64,000 bases of DNA, taken from Octopus sinensis (lineage: Eukaryota). Positions 1 through 12,593 of the stretch are shown here, piece after piece; positions within the stretch are counted from its first letter, which is position 1, and the number at the start of each line of letters is the position of its first letter. Position numbers and translations under genes: made by a program. A model generated the notes under the pieces. That model was not told where the DNA came from. It did not search any database and was given only the letters and a program-made list of their open reading frames with translations. The stretch spans positions 11,284,001 to 11,348,000 of the forward strand of contig NC_043004.1 of NCBI RefSeq assembly GCF_006345805.1, written 5' to 3'.

Positions 1-46
<46 letters not shown>

Positions 47-1108
47 TGTCATTTAAGATCTGGGGAAAAAAGGAAAATTGAAAGCAAGGTGGTAAACAAC
101 AATAATTCTAAATAATAATGATAAAATGAAATGTAAAAAAATATTAATACAAAGCATAAGATAAACAACTGAAATTACCATGAATCTAAAGAACATAAAA
201 TATAAAATAGCTATACAAAAGATTGCGAAAGCGACTTCGATACAGAAATTTTAAAACGGATGCGAAAATGATGGCCGCAATTTTGAATATAACACACATA
301 CACACACACAATCACACTCACGTGTATATATATATGTGCGTGTAATAATCTCTGCGTATGTATGTGTAAGTTTAAACGAAATAAGAATGAAATGATTTAA
401 TGACAGAAATAAAACGAACGAAAAAAAACTCCTATAAAATAATGATGTCTTTATTTGAAAGAAAATAAGGAAGGTGAACAAGAAATAATTTTTCTAGCTC
501 ACCAGAAGATCGTAAATGTCCCCAATCGTTTCAGAGACTATTCAATAAAAACGGTTATTTCCTTTTTTAGGTTCAACTTGAAATTTCTATTTTTATTTTC
601 TGTCCTTTTCCTCACACTTGCTCAAATGATATCTATTTCTCTCTCTCTCTCTTCTCACTGTCTCTCTCTCTGAGAAAAGAGATGCATATATATACATATA
701 TATACGTATACTTTCGATTTGTAATTTTACAAATTTTTCCCATTTTATTTTGTGTAGAAAAAGGAGGGGAGAAAACGGCTAAATGAGATATGTCTATGAT
801 CTGAATGTTTGTGAATATAATTTAGGAATAACTAAACGAAAAGAGCAACATTGAAAGTTCTGTATGTATGTATGCATGTATGTGTGTATGCATGCATGTA
901 TGTATGTATGTATGTATGGTTCTATGCTTGCATATATATATGCATGTATGTATGCATGCACGCATGTGTGTATGTATGTATGTATGTTTGTCTATGTATG
1001 TATTTAGGTTTTTAGGTACGCATGTATATTTATATGTATATATATTATATATATATATAATATATATATATTTATGTCTGAATGTCTCTCGCTCTATCTC
1101 ACTCTCTC

Positions 1109-1176
<68 letters not shown>

Positions 1177-1199
1177 CGTGTGTGTGGTGTGTGTGTGTG

Positions 1200-1632
1200 T
1201 ATTATCGTTATCCTTCCAATAGTTTCAGACAGAGGCCTCGACCCTGTATATCTACTTTGGTGCTTTGATACGTTTCGGCCAGTATTGGCCCAGGTCATGC
1301 CTAAATAGCACCACTTAGTGAAATTATTCAAATCACTATTTGGACAACATGGCCCACTGAAAGAGAGAGTTATTTTTTACGGAGACATATCCGGGTGTAG
1401 GAGGTTCATAGAGGATTTATTGCACTTTATGAGGTCTGTTTCTGCGTATGATATGTTTTGGTGTAATGTTCAAGAGAGCAGAACCAACTGAGGTAAGATA
1501 ATTATGCTGTATTGTTGTTACGTGATGTGAGTGTGACTTATGCTGTGGGCGGATAGCACAGGGCCCATACCTTGGTTATATCTTGAAGGTGAATCCAACA
1601 TAATTTGCCTGGAATATTTTCCGCACCATGCA
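1200..1632 (-). mobile_element. Decayed Penelope-like element 3' end (GIY-YIG-like remnant plus degenerate hammerhead)
   Basis: Minus strand gives remnants ...WCGKY... and ...MNLLHPDMSP*K...LSLQW, resembling PLE GIY-YIG C-termini. These are followed by GGCC-AATACT-GGCC-GAAACGTA with a GGTGCT/AGCACC stem (1259-1312); the CUGANGA box is corrupted. Flanked by microsatellites. Confidence 0.45.
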
Positions 1633-1993
1633 TATATATATATATATATATATATATACCGGAGTAAACACATAAATGTGAAACAAGGTGGAAAAATGAG
1701 TACTCAAATACTAATGGTAGATAATTATATAATATATATATATATATGCATATGTGGGCACAGGATATCATTAAACGTGTACAACAAAAAAGTACGAAGC
1801 ACGAATACATGGAACATGAACTGTTATGTATTGATATCGCATGAGCAGCTTGTTGGCCACATTCTTTCTATGAGAATATTGTTTCGATCCGCTAAGCTTC
1901 TTTCACAGCTAAACTGTGATTTGTTTCATTTCAAAAATAAGGGGTACATTTTAATGTACATCCTCTTATTTTGTTATTTTAATTTATTCGCTA

Positions 1994-2037
<44 letters not shown>

Positions 2038-2552
2038 GGGGTAAAATATACGAAGCCCAGTATACCCATCATGGTTACCCGTCTGATAAATGTACACTAG
2101 GAACATGCATCACAACCGTATGTGCGCGAAATGGTAATCTCATATCAATATAAACAGCACATGACCTTGCAGGTGGGGCCCAGTTAGAATTTTCTTCTGG
2201 ACGAGTAACCCATCCCGTTCCAAAGGTCCCTGAATAAGGGTTGTTTAAGGATGTTGAACGAAACACCTATGTTTCCAGTGGTGAATTATTCAAACCCGAA
2301 ATCCCTCTCAACACATGGTTATGATGCTCCCCCACTACTTCTGCTCGTGATCAGAGATGCACATATCGTCAGCTACTAATGGGCAAGCTCAACTTGTTAA
2401 GATCAAACGACTGACATGCAAATGTGGTATTGAGCAGAATATTTGCTGTAGCCCGTCTTTTATACCAAGACAAAACAATGTACACGATAACACTTCCAAT
2501 CAGTTAAGATCAGAAGCCATGAGAGCCACTGCCTGGTACTGCATCAGGGTAT
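2038..2552 (-). mobile_element. Interspersed non-coding repeat embedded in (TTA)n, copy 1
   Basis: Closely similar to 24533-24935 (GGGGTAAAATATACGAAGCCCAGTATACCCATCATG...). Both copies are bounded by (TTA)n tracts. Confidence 0.75.
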
Positions 2553-4012
2553 TTATTATTATTATCTTTATTATTATTATTGTTATTATTATTATTATTA
2601 TCGTCGTTATCGTCGTTGTTGTTGTTGTTGTTTTGTGTCATCGTAAAACGTAAATAAATTCGTTTCACCAAGTGTTTTATCAAGAGGAAAGGGAGAACAC
2701 GAGTTGACTTATCTTCTTGTGTTCTTAAACGTATATCAGAGAGAAAAAAATTAAAAAATATGGTTCACTACTTTTATCCACGAATTGAATCGATTGTAAC
2801 ATATATTAATAGACTAAGCAAACCGCAAACCTTGCCAGCATCAAACAGGTTACTGCATATTAAATAAAGGGACTGGCGGTACAACGTAACTTCATTAGAT
2901 ATTTATTATTAGTCTACAACAGAGTACACGATTTTGTTTGAAGCTGAATGCTGGCCTCTGTTAAAAAAAAAACAACAAAAAAAAAAACACAATTTCAGCG
3001 TCGCTTACAAATAAAGTACATATTTATCTTGACAGATTCTAGTCTTATTCTATCTTCTTCAGATATTAATATAGCTGAATATAATAAAATTTAATATAAT
3101 ATAACAGCGTATTAAATTATCATTTAGTATATTACATTACATTGAATTAATATGTGAAATGTCAATTACAAATTATAACCATGCATATATATGAAATTAT
3201 ATATGTATAAAAATATTATTATTTCTGTGTATATGTGAGTGTAATGCTTAAAAGAACATATACATATTAACAAATAAATATTTGTGTATGTGTGTTTGTG
3301 TGTGAGTATGTTGACATGTGTGTATGTACGTGTGCGTGCGTATGTCTGTGCGTTTGTATGTGTGCATGTGAAATTGCTTATGAAGAAATGGGCTTACCAT
3401 TGCAGGCGAGTGCTGAAAGAAAAATGTGGTATGTATGTATATATGTATGTATGTATGTACGTATGTATGTATGTATGTATGTATGTGCGTGTGTGTGTGT
3501 ATGTATGTATGCTTGAGTGTATGTATATATGTTGTCGATAGGAATGAATCTATTTGTGTAAATATGCAAATACATATACAAACAATACATACAAATATAA
3601 TATATACATATACAAAAATGCAAGCGAAGAATTTCTGCTCTCCCCTTTCCACCAGCGTGGGTTAAAATCAGTAAACACTATGCTTTTTTCGGTAAAATCC
3701 AAGGCATTATATAGAGAGAGATGAATTATAATTTCAACAATTGAGGGTAAAATTAATTAATTAATCAATTCACCAAGTATTCAGTATGCAAAGGGACATT
3801 TAAGGCGAATTCAAATTATTACATTATATAAATGGGCTTAGTAAAATAAATTACTTTGCCGCATACTGAACTCATTAGAAATAGCAGCCAAAAAAAACTT
3901 TTCTAAAACTATTTCTAATACTTAAGAAAACCTCTCTCATATAGTGTTTGCTCAATTCAACTCACGGAAGTATGGGGGTAGAGACATTAAAAAATCAAAT
4001 GCAAAGGTTATT

Positions 4013-4065
4013 TGAGAACGTACGTTTCAAGATTAGTCGAAACCGACATTTCTATCATCAGCTCA
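4013..4065 (-). ncRNA. Type I hammerhead ribozyme motif (C3-G8 core)
   Basis: Minus strand: UGAG-CUGAUGA-[stem II with GUCG/CGAC]-GAAAC-GUAC-GUU-CUCA. Stem I is UGAG/CUCA; stem III is the palindrome ACGUACGU. Confidence 0.75.
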
Positions 4066-4698
4066 GAACTCCCTGGTTTGGATTTGAAAACACTGAAAGT
4101 GGGAGCATACCCTTTCGGCTTCTTCTCGCTTCTGAAGATCTGCTCGACACTAACAGTACCAACAAACTCAAAACTGCAAGCGAAGAATTTCTGCTCTCCC
4201 CTTTCCACCAGCGTGGGTTAAAATCAGTAAACACTATGCTTTTTTCGGTAAAATCCAAGGCATTATATAGAGAGAGATGAATTATAATTTCAACAATTGA
4301 GGGTAAAATTAATTAATTAATCAATTTCACCAAGTATTCAGTATGCAAAGGGACCATTTAAGGCGAATTCAAATTATTACATTAATAAATGGGCTTAGTA
4401 AAATAAATTACTTTGCCGCATACTGAACTCATTAGAAATAGCAGCCAAAAAAAACTTTTCTAAAACTATTCTAATACTTAAAGAAAACTCTCTTCATATA
4501 GTGTTTGCCTCAATTCAACTCACGGAAGTATGGGGGTAGAGACATTAAAAAATCAAAGCAAAGGTTATTTGAGAAATTATTCGCTTGCATTTTTGAGTTT
4601 GTTGGCACTGTTAGTTTCGAGCAGATCTTCAGAAGCGAGAAGAAGCCGAAAGGGTATGCTCCCACTTTCAGTGTTTTCAAATCCAAACCAGGGAGTTC

Positions 4699-4751
4699 TG
4701 AGCTGATGATAGAAATGTCGAGTTTGACTAATCTTGAAACGTACGTTCTCA
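4699..4751 (+). ncRNA. Type I hammerhead ribozyme motif (C3-G8 core)
   Basis: TGAG CTGATGA TAGAAATGTCGAGTTTGACTAATCTT GAAAC GTAC GTT CTCA; predicted cleavage after GUU at 4747. Confidence 0.75.
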
Positions 4752-5255
4752 AATAACCTTTGCATTGATTTTTAATGTCTCTACCCATAACTTCCGTGAG
4801 TTGAATTGAGCAAACACTATATGAGAGAGGTTTTCTTTAAGTATTAGAAATAGTTTTAGAAAAGTTTTTTTGGCTGCTATTTCTAATGAGTTCAGTATGC
4901 GGCAAAGTAATTTATTTTACTAAGCCCTTTTATATAATGTAATAATTTGAATTCGCCTTAAATGGTCCCTTTGCATACTGAATACTTGGTGAAATTGATT
5001 AATTAATTAATTTTACCCTCAATTGTTGTTGAAATTATATTCATCTCTCTCTATATAATGCCTTGGATTTTACCGAAAAAAGCATAGTGTTTACTGATTT
5101 TAACCCACGCTGGTGGAAAGGGAGAGAGCAGAAATCTTCGCTTGCATTTTTGAGTTTGTTGGCACTGTTAGTGTCGAGCAGATCTTCAGAAGCGAGAAGA
5201 AGCCGAAAGGGTATGCTCCCACTTTCAGTGTTTTCAAATCAAAACCAGGGAGTTC

Positions 5256-5308
5256 TGAGCTGATGATAGAAATGTCGAGTTTGACTAATCTTGAAACGTA
5301 CGTTCTCA
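5256..5308 (+). ncRNA. Type I hammerhead ribozyme motif (C3-G8 core)
   Basis: Same motif as 4699-4751, 557 nt downstream; predicted cleavage after 5304. Confidence 0.75.
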
Positions 5309-6114
5309 AATAACCTTTGCATTTGATTTTTTAATGTCTCTCCCCCATACTTCCGTGAGTTGAATTGAGCAAACACTATATGAGAGAGGTTTTCTTTAAG
5401 TATTAGAAATAGTTTTAGAAAAGTTTTTTTTTTCGCTGCTATTTCTAATGAGTTCAGTATGCGGCAAAGTAATTATTTTACTAAGCCCTTTTATATAATG
5501 TAATAATTTATATATATATATATATATGTATATATAAACATACACATATATATATATATATATGGTATATATATACAGATATATATATGTGTATATGTAT
5601 GTGTATGTATATATATATGTGTGTGTGTGTGTTTATGTACGTACAAATATATTGACACATGGCATCATAAACGCTTCCATTATTTAACCTTGATATTTGG
5701 CTCTTTTTATGTCTCCGTATTTCAATTAATTCTGCGCCACATTTAACAGTATTTAAATTGACAGTTTTCTTTCTCCATCTCATTCCCATTCTCTTTTAAA
5801 AAGATCTTTTTCAGTAATTTTTCATTTTCTATTTCAACATTATCGGCTGTATCGATTAGGTTTGGCTCGTCGATATACGCGTGTGGATATGTTTGTACGC
5901 GTGTTTGTACGTGTGTGTTTGCGAGTTTGTTTCTGTGTATGTAGGTATATATATATATATATATTCGTGTGTTTGTCTATGCAAATATGTATACTGATAT
6001 AAACTTTACACGTATGACTGTATGTCTTTTTTATTTTCATACAGAGTTGTATAAATACATATAGTTATACAGTGTGACATGTGACCCGGCTTTTTGAGAG
6101 AGTGAATGAAGGAT

Positions 6115-6150
<36 letters not shown>

Positions 6151-6535
6151 TGAGAGAGAATAATTCTGTGGAAAGATTGATTACGTGAAGCGAGATGAGA
6201 GTCAATTGAAAATCAACAGGGAAAGAAAGAAACAGATAAAAAGAAGTGGTGGGGGACTGTAAGCAATTGAAAGTTAATAAACTCAATAGCTATCTAAGCA
6301 ACTACATCTCTGGTGTTTAGCCATTTCGAAATCTTAGAAGTGATACGTTTTATAAAAGCACTGCAAGAATATATATATCTCGTTTGATGACTTTAAAGAG
6401 TTCAGCAGTGAATTGTGAAAATGTTCCATAAGTCATTTGGGAGATTGTCGGAGCTTTTGTTCCAGCTTACACTTTATAACAACCAAAGAATACAGCCTCC
6501 CCAAAATTGCTGGGAGATATATACATACATATATA

Positions 6536-7034
6536 CCGTAAATCCTCAAGTATAATCCGCATTTTTTCTCCAAAATTTAAGGGTCAAAATCCCTAGTGCG
6601 TTCCATATACGAGGTTAAAAATGAAAACTACTTTCTAAGCAATGTCTGAGTCTCTATCTGCTGTCCGGCAATGTTTGTGATGTCGGGCGCGAAAATACCT
6701 TAAGCTAAGCCTGAAAGCAATGAAGTCATAAAGGAATCATCCATAACTTGCAGAAAACAACATTTATTACACATTATTACTGTTATTTCTTTATTTTCTG
6801 CAAACAAAATGCACAAAAAAGCTACACGTTTGCATTATGTTATATATACAATAATAATAAAGGACATTACCGTATACAGTTTTACAAACCAAGGACGTTA
6901 TAACAATCACCTTGACTCAAGTTAGAGAAGGGGTGCGTATTATACACAAGGTTTAGGTTTTTCAGAAGTACACACCCCCCTAAAAATCACCTGCGTATTA
7001 TACTCAAGGGCGGATTATACTCGAGGATTTACGA
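6536..7034. mobile_element. pogo/Tc2-type MITE
   Basis: TIRs CCGTAAATCCTCAAGTATAATCCGC / GCGGATTATACTCGAGGATTTACG(A), TA on both sides, no coding capacity. Confidence 0.8.
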
Positions 7035-7054
7035 TATATATATATATATATATA

Positions 7055-8316
7055 CACTACTATCCCAAAGTTTAAGAAAGCTTACAAAAAATTGTTTCAA
7101 AGTGGAATTTTTAGTTCAATGCCATCGATTTAGATAATCTGTTTGTATAAAAATATGGAATAACATGCTGCATAACATTTGGGTTTTATTCGATAAGGAA
7201 TAACACTATTTATAGATAATTTATATGCAAATAATTTTATTTCTTGACAACAAACCTATTTGGGAATGTTGTCGAAAACATTTTAGCGTCCTCTTGTTGG
7301 CAACATTGCAATACATTTAGATTATTTCCATTTCTTATGTGCTGCCAGTTGAGATAACATCACTTAATGACTGCGTTAACTGTTTTATTGTTTCTTTCAG
7401 GTTCAGTTATAAAAAATATGTAAAGTTAGTGAAATTCCTAAAAATCAACCTGAATATGGGGAAAACGAGTCATTTATCACTTGAAAAGTGACAAAGCATT
7501 GTCACATTGCTGCCCGTCTAAATGGCCATTGCACTGTCAGAAAACCACTGCTTTCACCTCTGAGCAATCGTAAGCGAATCATATGGGCCAGAAAACACCA
7601 AACCTCGACCGTTAATCAATGGAAGCGACTTCTCTGAGCTGATAAATCAACGTTTGAAATCTTCGGATCCCGGCGTAGAATTTATTTAAAGTGAAGAATC
7701 GGTGTACAGCTGACTCCTAAGTGTATAGTTCCAACTGTAATTCGTGGTGAGGGAAGTGTGATGATCGGGTGTGTTTTGCAGGGAATAGTGTTGAGGATAT
7801 TCATCGTGTAACAAGAATATTGAACCAAAACGGTTATCACTCTATCCTCTAGCATCATGCCATTCTATCCGGGATGAGGCTGATCAGTGATAATTTCCGG
7901 CTGATGCAAGATAACGATACTAAACATATTTCTAACCTATGCAAAAACTATTTACAGTAGAAAATGGATAATAAAATGTTGACTGTAATTGAATGGCCAG
8001 CCCAATCCCCCGATTACAATACCCATCGAAATTGTGTGAGAAGAATTGGAAAGCAGAATCAAAAAGCGACAACCAGCGAATATTTGCTTTCATTGGTCGA
8101 AAGAATGCCCAGATTATGCTGAGCTGCGATCAAGGCCAAGGGCGGATATTTCGATGAGTTTTTCTCTGATTTTTCAGTTTTGTTTAGTTGCTGAGTTATG
8201 TCATCCAATGAAAGTAAATGTATATTAATGAAATATTTCTCCAGAATCTCTCAGTTGTTACCATTTTTTTTTTTTCAAAATTAGCTTAAGTGAGCTTAAA
8301 ATTTCGGATAGTAGTG
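7055..8316 (+). mobile_element. Decayed Tc1-family transposon
   Basis: TIRs CACTACTATCCCAAAGTTTAAG / CTTAAAATTTCGGATAGTAGTG with TA flanks and an internal transposase pseudogene. Confidence 0.85.
7456..8150 (+). pseudogene. Tc1 transposase pseudogene
   Basis: Pieces MGKTSHLSLEK*, RKPLLS...KRIIWARKH...QWKRLL*ADKSTFEIFG, MQDNDTKH and WPAQSPD..PIE, with stops, frameshifts and an N-terminal deletion. Confidence 0.85.
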
Positions 8317-10375
8317 TATATATATATATATATACATGTGTGTGTTTCTTTGGTTTTTATTTTTATGTCTTTGTTCGGCAGATATTCTAGCCGGTTACTA
8401 GCCAAATGACAAAGATCTTTTGTTTGAGTGAAGACAGCTTTGTATCTGCAGAATTTAAATGTGTACCTCCTCCGTATGGATCGAGAAATTGCCTTGGTAG
8501 ACTGTTTAAGCGACGATATCATATGTAGTGTCTTGCAGATATATTTCTAGTGCTATTTATGGTGTGTGTGATATCATCCACATTGGTATGTTACAATCGA
8601 CATTTTATTTCAAGTCGTGGAAGTCCACAGCCAGGCTAATTCTCATCTGGTGATCATGTATTTAGTATTACCACCAGTTCTTGGATTGCAAAGGCATTGC
8701 TTTCTTGGTGCGATATGATGTACCTTTCCTTTGATCAGAAGAGGTTACTATATCTGTCAATGTAGCTTATGGGATGTGATTCTATGCATAATCTTCACTA
8801 GAACGAGGAATGGTTCTCTTCTAAGATTCTATTTCATGAAATCAGTGCTGTGATATCTGGTGCACATATAAGCTAAAAGTACTCGTTCAGGAGATTTCAC
8901 CTAATTTCAGTAATGTTATTACCATTACTATCGTATCGAATATTCACGCGAAGTACTCTCTTCTCTCTTTGCTGTTCAGTCGGTGTTGTCTAAATTACAT
9001 GATGCGAAAATTAACAGCCGTCCGAGCTAATGTTCTACTCATACCTCCATCCCTTCGTTTCGCTCTTGTCTTCATGAGTCCTTCAAGCAACTGAAATAAC
9101 TGCTCAGTAAATCTTTGTTGAAATGGCTGAATATTCCACAGACACATGCAGACTTGATATAACCTTTATGCAGACTCACAGTAATACAACGTGTAACAAA
9201 GCTGGTCTTTTGCAATCAAAGGTAAACTTCATTGTGCAGACTTCAACGCGGTTTCTGTCTGGCTTAGGGCCAATGCCGATTTCATTGTCTATTGATAATT
9301 TTACTCTAACACTTCGTAGAAAAATTCTAATTTTGACTGCGATGCGACATATGTACAGTACAAAGTGGGTCGTTTTAGTCATCAAAACTTGTGATTTGGG
9401 AAAATCGCCAATGCATGGTTGTATTATGTGCATGTGTTTTTGACTTATGTTTGCATATTTGGAGTATTGTATGCGTAAGTGTGCTTCCAATTGGATGTAT
9501 ACCGGCTTTTCGCTGTACGCGATTACCGTTAGGTCGACCAGGACAAACCGTTACATGGCAGGATCATCAATAACAAAACTGTGTTCTCAACTGGGTTGTC
9601 TGGTGAAAATTATTGCTAAGAAGCTCGACATAACAGACACCAAGATATATTAAAATAATGGATAAAGCGAGGACGAAAATCTATCCAGTTGTAGAGCAAA
9701 GTGTTACAAATAATCGGGATGGGAAACTAGCTGGATCCTCAACTTCTAATCAGAAACCCCTGTAATGAAGAAGATTCCCCTTTTATAAAATTAAGGCTTC
9801 TGATGTTCTGAGACACTACTAGCTGTTCTGAAACACTACTATCTTCTAAATGTGTATCTTTTTACATTCACTACAACCAACTCTCTGTACAGGTACCTCC
9901 TCGAACCAGAACAGATATAAAGACCATTTAAACCTGTTTGTTGTCGTTTTGGAGGTCGGCGTATCATGCACAACTGCCAGAGGGAAAACTATTATTTCTG
10001 ATGATTCCTCGCTCGTGATGGCATACAGTTGTGATTCAATAGGCTGTAGGAGACGCGTTTAACGTATAGTCTATCTCCTGCGCTTAAAGAGGTGATGTCG
10101 GTATTTAAGAAACTAATTTCTTCGGACACGTGTGTGTATGTGTGTGCGTTTGAGTGTATGAGAGTGTGTGTATGTGTGTAAGTGCGTGTGCTAGAGACAC
10201 ATGCGTGTATGCGTGTGTGTATACTGATGGCTGGACAAAGGAAACGAAATGACCCTCAACACATTTTGTAAGAATTATATATATTATTTTGATATATATA
10301 ACAGGTTGACGTAGCGCCATATGGCTTAAACTTTCGTGTACTAATAAGACGCGCGATCGCAAAAAGCTAACTTTT

Positions 10376-10413
<38 letters not shown>

Positions 10414-10522
10414 GCACACGCTCGTACACATACATTCATGCGTATATATATTATATATGTATACAAGGAGAGAGGGAGAATTCAACCGTTGTATGTGTAT
10501 ATATATATATAACTTTATGTAT

Positions 10523-10860
10523 AGGAGACCCTCTTTCGTCGTCAATGACGATGGGATTTCACCTACAAAATTATCCTCCGGGGACGAGTCTGGGCAAGGT
10601 TGTTTGTGGAAGGCTAGCAGTCACCCATGCATACCAACCTTCCCTCTCCACATCACTGATTTTATCCAAGGGAAACGCAAAAGCCGATACAACTTGGCAC
10701 CAGTGATGTCGTAACTGATTTCTACAGCTGAGTTAACTGGAGCAACGTAAAATAAAGTGTCTTGCTCAAGGACACAACACGTAGCCCGGTCCAGGAATCG
10801 AACTCACAACCGCACGACCGTAAGATCGATGCTCTAACCACTGAGCCATGCTCCTTCACT
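10523..10860 (-). mobile_element. tRNA-derived SINE with CORE-like segment
   Basis: Minus strand: box A TGGCTCAGTGGTTAGAGC, box B GAGTTCGATTCC, then GTGTCCTTGAGCAAGACACTT. Relatives at 33445-33827 and 40885-41092. Confidence 0.75.
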
Positions 10861-10892
10861 ATTATGCATAATATACATATATATATATATAT

Positions 10893-11080
10893 AAGTAGCA
10901 AAAATATTTTTTCCTCTGTCTTCCCTTCTTGGGATCTTTCCTTCTCCTTGTTTCCGACGAAGAGCTCCGCTCGAAACGTTAAACCCCCTTCCCTTCTTTC
11001 CTGAGCGTCAAATAATACTTTAATTGTTCCACGTCCTCGCGTTGCTGTGTTTTTTTCTGTTTTCTTGTTTGGATTAACTT
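10893..11080 (+). mobile_element. Short (TA)n-embedded HHR-bearing element, copy 1
   Basis: Near-identical to 50060-50233; (TA)n flanks; contains the HHR-like motif at 10950-10984. Confidence 0.75.
10950..10984 (+). ncRNA. Minimal hammerhead-like motif (CCGACGA core, no stem III loop)
   Basis: GTTT-CCGACGA-A-GAGC TCC GCTC-GAAACGTT-AAAC. Stem I GUUU/AAAC, stem II GAGC/GCUC, palindromic AACGUU. Confidence 0.6.
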
Positions 11081-11114
<34 letters not shown>

Positions 11115-11351
11115 ATATTATATATGTATAGGTATATACATATATATATATATATATATTATATGTGTGTGTATATATACATATATATGTATGTATGCGT
11201 TTATGCATACATACAAGGGTGTGTATGGAAGGAGAGAGACTGGCAAACAAGCAAACAGGCTAAAAAGAGACTGACTGACAGACAGGGACAGACAGACATA
11301 TATATACAGAGAAATATAAATTCAACGCAAATACTTATACAAATACACACT

Positions 11352-11402
<51 letters not shown>

Positions 11403-11893
11403 TACCATGTTATTTTGAGGCTGATTATCGTTATTATTTTCTTGGTAAATAATCATAGTGTAATGACCAACAGAACGAAATTGTTGCAATTACATTTATT
11501 TTAATATTTATCAAAAATTCTATTTTTCTAATCTCTGAATTAATTAATAGATTGGATCTCGCTTTCAGACCAAGGACATTAGGCCAGGACTTTGTTGCGA
11601 TCGATTCTTCATTCCCGGGGACATTTGTGTTTATCGAACTTATTTTTGAACTCTCCTATATAATTAAACGATTGGTTGTTTAATTATTATTAGTCTAGGA
11701 ATAAGGAGATTACAATTAAAAGTGTTTGGAGTGGCTGGAAGTAAAGAACACCAGATGAACTATCTGACACAATTCCGACGACGATGTTTTTCTACAACCA
11801 GTATTGAAGTCCAGCGCCGCAAACAACTTTATAATTTAGTTTTTACCGAGTCAATAATCACCCCACCACACACACACACGCACATACACACAA

Positions 11894-11945
<52 letters not shown>

Positions 11946-12204
11946 GTATGTGAGTATACATGTATATGTTCATATATATACACACGCACATATATATGTA
12001 TATATATATATATATATATATAAACTTCTTTTAAGTTGTATTAGTTGAACAAAAGCCGACAGTGTCATTTGTTACATTTGAAAAATATGTTTATACGTCT
12101 ACTTTGTAAGGTTGCATGTATCACAACCCAATGCCCTGTTCCCTGAGTTCACATTTGAAGGGCCTTTAATAGTAAATAAAGCGTTTAACACTTATAATAT
12201 ACAA

Positions 12205-12352
12205 GTTCACGACTTCAAATTCCGCTGAGGTCGACTTTGCCTTTCAGTCTTATGGGGTCAATAAGTTAAGTACCAGTTGCGCACTGGGGTCGATCTAATC
12301 GACTGGCGCCCCTCCCCCAAAATTTCGGGCCCTGTGCCTAGAGTAGAAAGGA
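12205..12352 (+). mobile_element. SINE fragment (Nin-like domain)
   Basis: TTCAAATTCCGCTGAGGTCGACTTTGCCTTTCA...AAGTACCAGTTGCGCACTGGGGTCGAT, shared with the copies at 17527, 20366, 23937 and 55380. Confidence 0.7.
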
Positions 12353-12593
12353 ATATACAAGTTACCAGTTCTCCTGAGCTGCGGTATATGATGTGTATAT
12401 AAATAGATTGTGAAATTGATTCTAAGGGATTGCTCAAGTTGATGTACACTCATTTGATGAAACCCAAATAAGGGTCGAAAAGTTATTTTTTTACACTCTG
12501 CGGAGAAAGCAATAATTTGACATTTCTGGATGTCTATATGTGTATATGATTTTGTATGTATGTATATGTGCATACACACTCACACTTAACCAC

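Larger units (their letters stand above)
3614..5506. mobile_element. Tandem-plus-inverted array of a ~557-bp hammerhead-bearing unit (Penelope pLTR/retrozyme-like)
   Basis: Period ~556 bp (TGCAAGCGAAGAATTTC at 3619 and 4175). Left arm 3614-~4575 is inverted relative to right arm ~4572-5506. Three HHR motifs; TA-rich repeats on both sides. Confidence 0.85.

Noticed and set aside
4600-4635. Second possible HHR on the minus strand (CTGAAGA-TCTGCTC-GAAACTAACAGTG)
   Set aside because: No stem II or stem I, G at the cleavage position, and GAAA is GACA in the other copies.
3948-5313. Repeated 62-110 aa ORFs in the 557-bp unit
   Set aside because: No recognisable domain; frames differ between copies through indels; treated as non-coding.
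3614-5506. CRISPR-like or satellite array interpretation
   Set aside because: Long identical units without variable spacers, eukaryotic context, and only ~3.4 units with an inversion.
8340-8800. Possible decayed non-LTR RT on the minus strand
   Set aside because: Motif resemblance too weak to call by eye.
12451-12487. TTGATGA-AACCC..GGGTC-GAAAAGTT as a functional HHR
   Set aside because: U3-G8 mismatch, broken stem III and only 2 bp of stem I; counted only as a decayed relic.
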